Positions 32,352-33,342 of a stretch of DNA of 33,342 nucleotides are shown one piece after another. How positions within the stretch are numbered: position 1 is the first letter of the stretch; each line of letters opens with the position of its first letter. Under the pieces are notes generated by a model. That model saw only the letters and a program-made list of their open reading frames with translations. It did no database searches and was not told the DNA's origin. Location: positions 1 to 33,342 of IMG/VR virus record IMGVR_UViG_3300045988_104900; one strand, written 5' to 3'. Made by a program: the position numbers and the translations under genes. This DNA is from a virus.

Positions 32352-32786
32352 ATGAGAATAGAAGAATTAGTAAAAGGCCTTAACTTTCTAGGCCTAGCAT
32401 ACGGTAAAGAATACAGCCAGTTAGAGTGTCAGCAGGTATACGAGTTCGTAAAGGAATATGAATACGATACATTTATTAAAGCTACAAAAGAAATTATAAG
32501 AACGTCTAAGTTTTTACCTAGAATAGCAGATCTAATAGAAGCCTGCGAGAAATATAAAGGGAGCGAAAGAAAAGAAGTAATAGATTATATGAGGGAAGTA
32601 GGATACTTTAAATATTCTCCATACGGCGAAGTAACAGACGAAAAAGCATCTAGGAACTATAGTAAGGCGTTAAGGTTTATAGAACTAGGAGTAATTCCAG
32701 ACTGGCTACAGGAAGATATCGACTATTACGTAAATCAGATGCACCAATTAAGACTACAGGATAAACAAAATAAATTACTAAGCTAG
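32352..32786 (+). CDS. Putative helicase loader (SPP1 G39P-like), weak call
   Basis: Follows the initiator. ...YEYDTFIKATKEIIRTSKFLPRIADLIEACE resembles the G39P family (recollection). Confidence 0.4.
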   Translation: MRIEELVKGLNFLGLAYGKEYSQLECQQVYEFVKEYEYDTFIKATKEIIRTSKFLPRIADLIEACEKYKGSERKEVIDYMREVGYFKYSPYGEVTDEKASRNYSKALRFIELGVIPDWLQEDIDYYVNQMHQLRLQDKQNKLLS

Positions 32787-32810
32787 ATATTATTCTAGCT
32801 TTTTTATTTT
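32781..32810 (+). terminator. Rho-independent terminator after the replication genes
   Basis: agctaga-tattat-tctagct followed by TTTTTaTTTT. Confidence 0.7.
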
Positions 32811-32821
32811 CAAAAAGAAAA
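32807..32821 (+). repeat. Intergenic motif copy (tTTTCAAAAAGAAAA)
   Basis: 14/15 match, overlapping the terminator T-tract. Confidence 0.45.
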
Positions 32822-33003
32822 AAACAATAATTTAATATGTACTATTTGAAAAACTAGAGCATATATTGTAATGTAAGGAGGTGATAAAAAAGGCATTCCA
32901 TTATAAAAGCATCTTCTTTTAATCAAGCATCTATATTCATTCATTATTCATTTTCCTTTTTTCCTTTGTAAAGACCTTTTAGTCGATTTAGAGGTGATAT
33001 TCT

Positions 33004-33213
33004 TTGTTTAATTTAATTGACGGACTGGAAACGTTAGAAGCAGTAAAACTAGACGAAGATAGCAACGTATATATTTTTTATACTGTAACAGACGACTTTA
33101 TGCTAGAAAACGGGCTGACATATAAGCATAGAGTATATGAAATTAACTTATACGGATCAGATCAACCACGTTTCGTAAGCTATGCTATAGCAGTAGAGCC
33201 AGACGAAGACTAG
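33004..33213 (+). CDS. Hypothetical acidic protein
   Basis: TTG start after AGAGGTGATAT, the same SD-TTG context as 2446. 69 aa. Confidence 0.55.
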   Translation: MFNLIDGLETLEAVKLDEDSNVYIFYTVTDDFMLENGLTYKHRVYEINLYGSDQPRFVSYAIAVEPDED

Positions 33214-33234
33214 GACTTTTTCCTAGTCTTTTTT
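33208..33234 (+). terminator. Rho-independent terminator
   Basis: gactagga-ctttt-tcctagtc followed by T6. The right arm and T-tract lie in the terminal repeat. Confidence 0.75.
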
Positions 33235-33342
33235 ACATTACTTTACAAAGAAAAAGAAAACGTTTTCATTTCCTATTGACTATATAGGTAATAAGTGATA
33301 AATTAAAGATACAGAGGAGGTAAAAAGAATATGAAAAAAAGA
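33224..33342. repeat. Terminal direct repeat copy 2 (duplicates palindrome, promoter and start of the small ORF at 108)
   Basis: Exact copy of 1..119 by inspection. Confidence 0.95.

Noticed and set aside
32869-32990. Orphan strong SD (AAGGAGGTGA, about 32875-84) followed by a pyrimidine-rich tract. Possible missed small gene or - strand gene
   Set aside because: There is no ATG, GTG or TTG within 5-12 nt of the SD, and only very short ORFs on either strand. It is left as unexplained intergenic sequence upstream of ORF 33004.
1-33342. tRNA, rRNA, tmRNA and CRISPR arrays (in particular a UCA-anticodon suppressor tRNA that could explain the TGA)
   Set aside because: Scanning the non-coding intervals by eye showed no cloverleaf with a T-loop (GTTCRA), no anticodon-loop context around TCA, and no regularly spaced direct repeats. 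tRNAscan-SE or ARAGORN should still be run.

Overview
The window is a complete, circularly permuted phage genome: bases 1..119 are identical to bases 33224..33342, giving a unit of 33,223 bp. It is a temperate, visibly AT-rich, HK97-type siphovirus-like phage or prophage.

Nearly all genes are on the + strand, in this order:
- a consensus-like promoter and an array of about 19 small early or accessory genes (108..3733)
- a ~400-nt non-coding leader ending in a strong terminator
- a lysis cassette (holin, endolysin)
- an HNH gene, a C-rich cos candidate, a P27-family TerS and TerL
- portal, prohead protease, HK97 capsid and connector genes
- major tail protein, G/GT chaperone with a -1 frameshift, and tape measure
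- Dit, Tal and fibre genes

The - strand carries a large serine integrase and a cI-like repressor. These face a cro-like switch that leads into the recombination and replication genes: an SSAP-like protein, SSB, a DUF1064 nuclease, an initiator with internal iterons, and a G39P-like loader.

Most notable observations:
1. The tape-measure gene is split by an ~850-nt group-I-like intron carrying an HNH homing endonuclease.
2. The prohead protease has an in-frame TGA at codon 17. Every ORF that ends in TGA has a TAA or TAG 0-3 codons behind it.
3. There are four homing-endonuclease genes: three paralogous NUMOD4-HNH genes and one GIY-YIG gene.
4. A 15-19-nt intergenic motif, GTTTCAAAAAGAAAA, recurs at gene boundaries.
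5. The arrangement of leader and terminator ahead of the lysis and late genes resembles lambda.
6. The SSB gene lacks a canonical start codon.

All functional calls come from recognising motifs by eye. No database search or RNA folding was possible. No tRNA, rRNA or CRISPR array was recognised.
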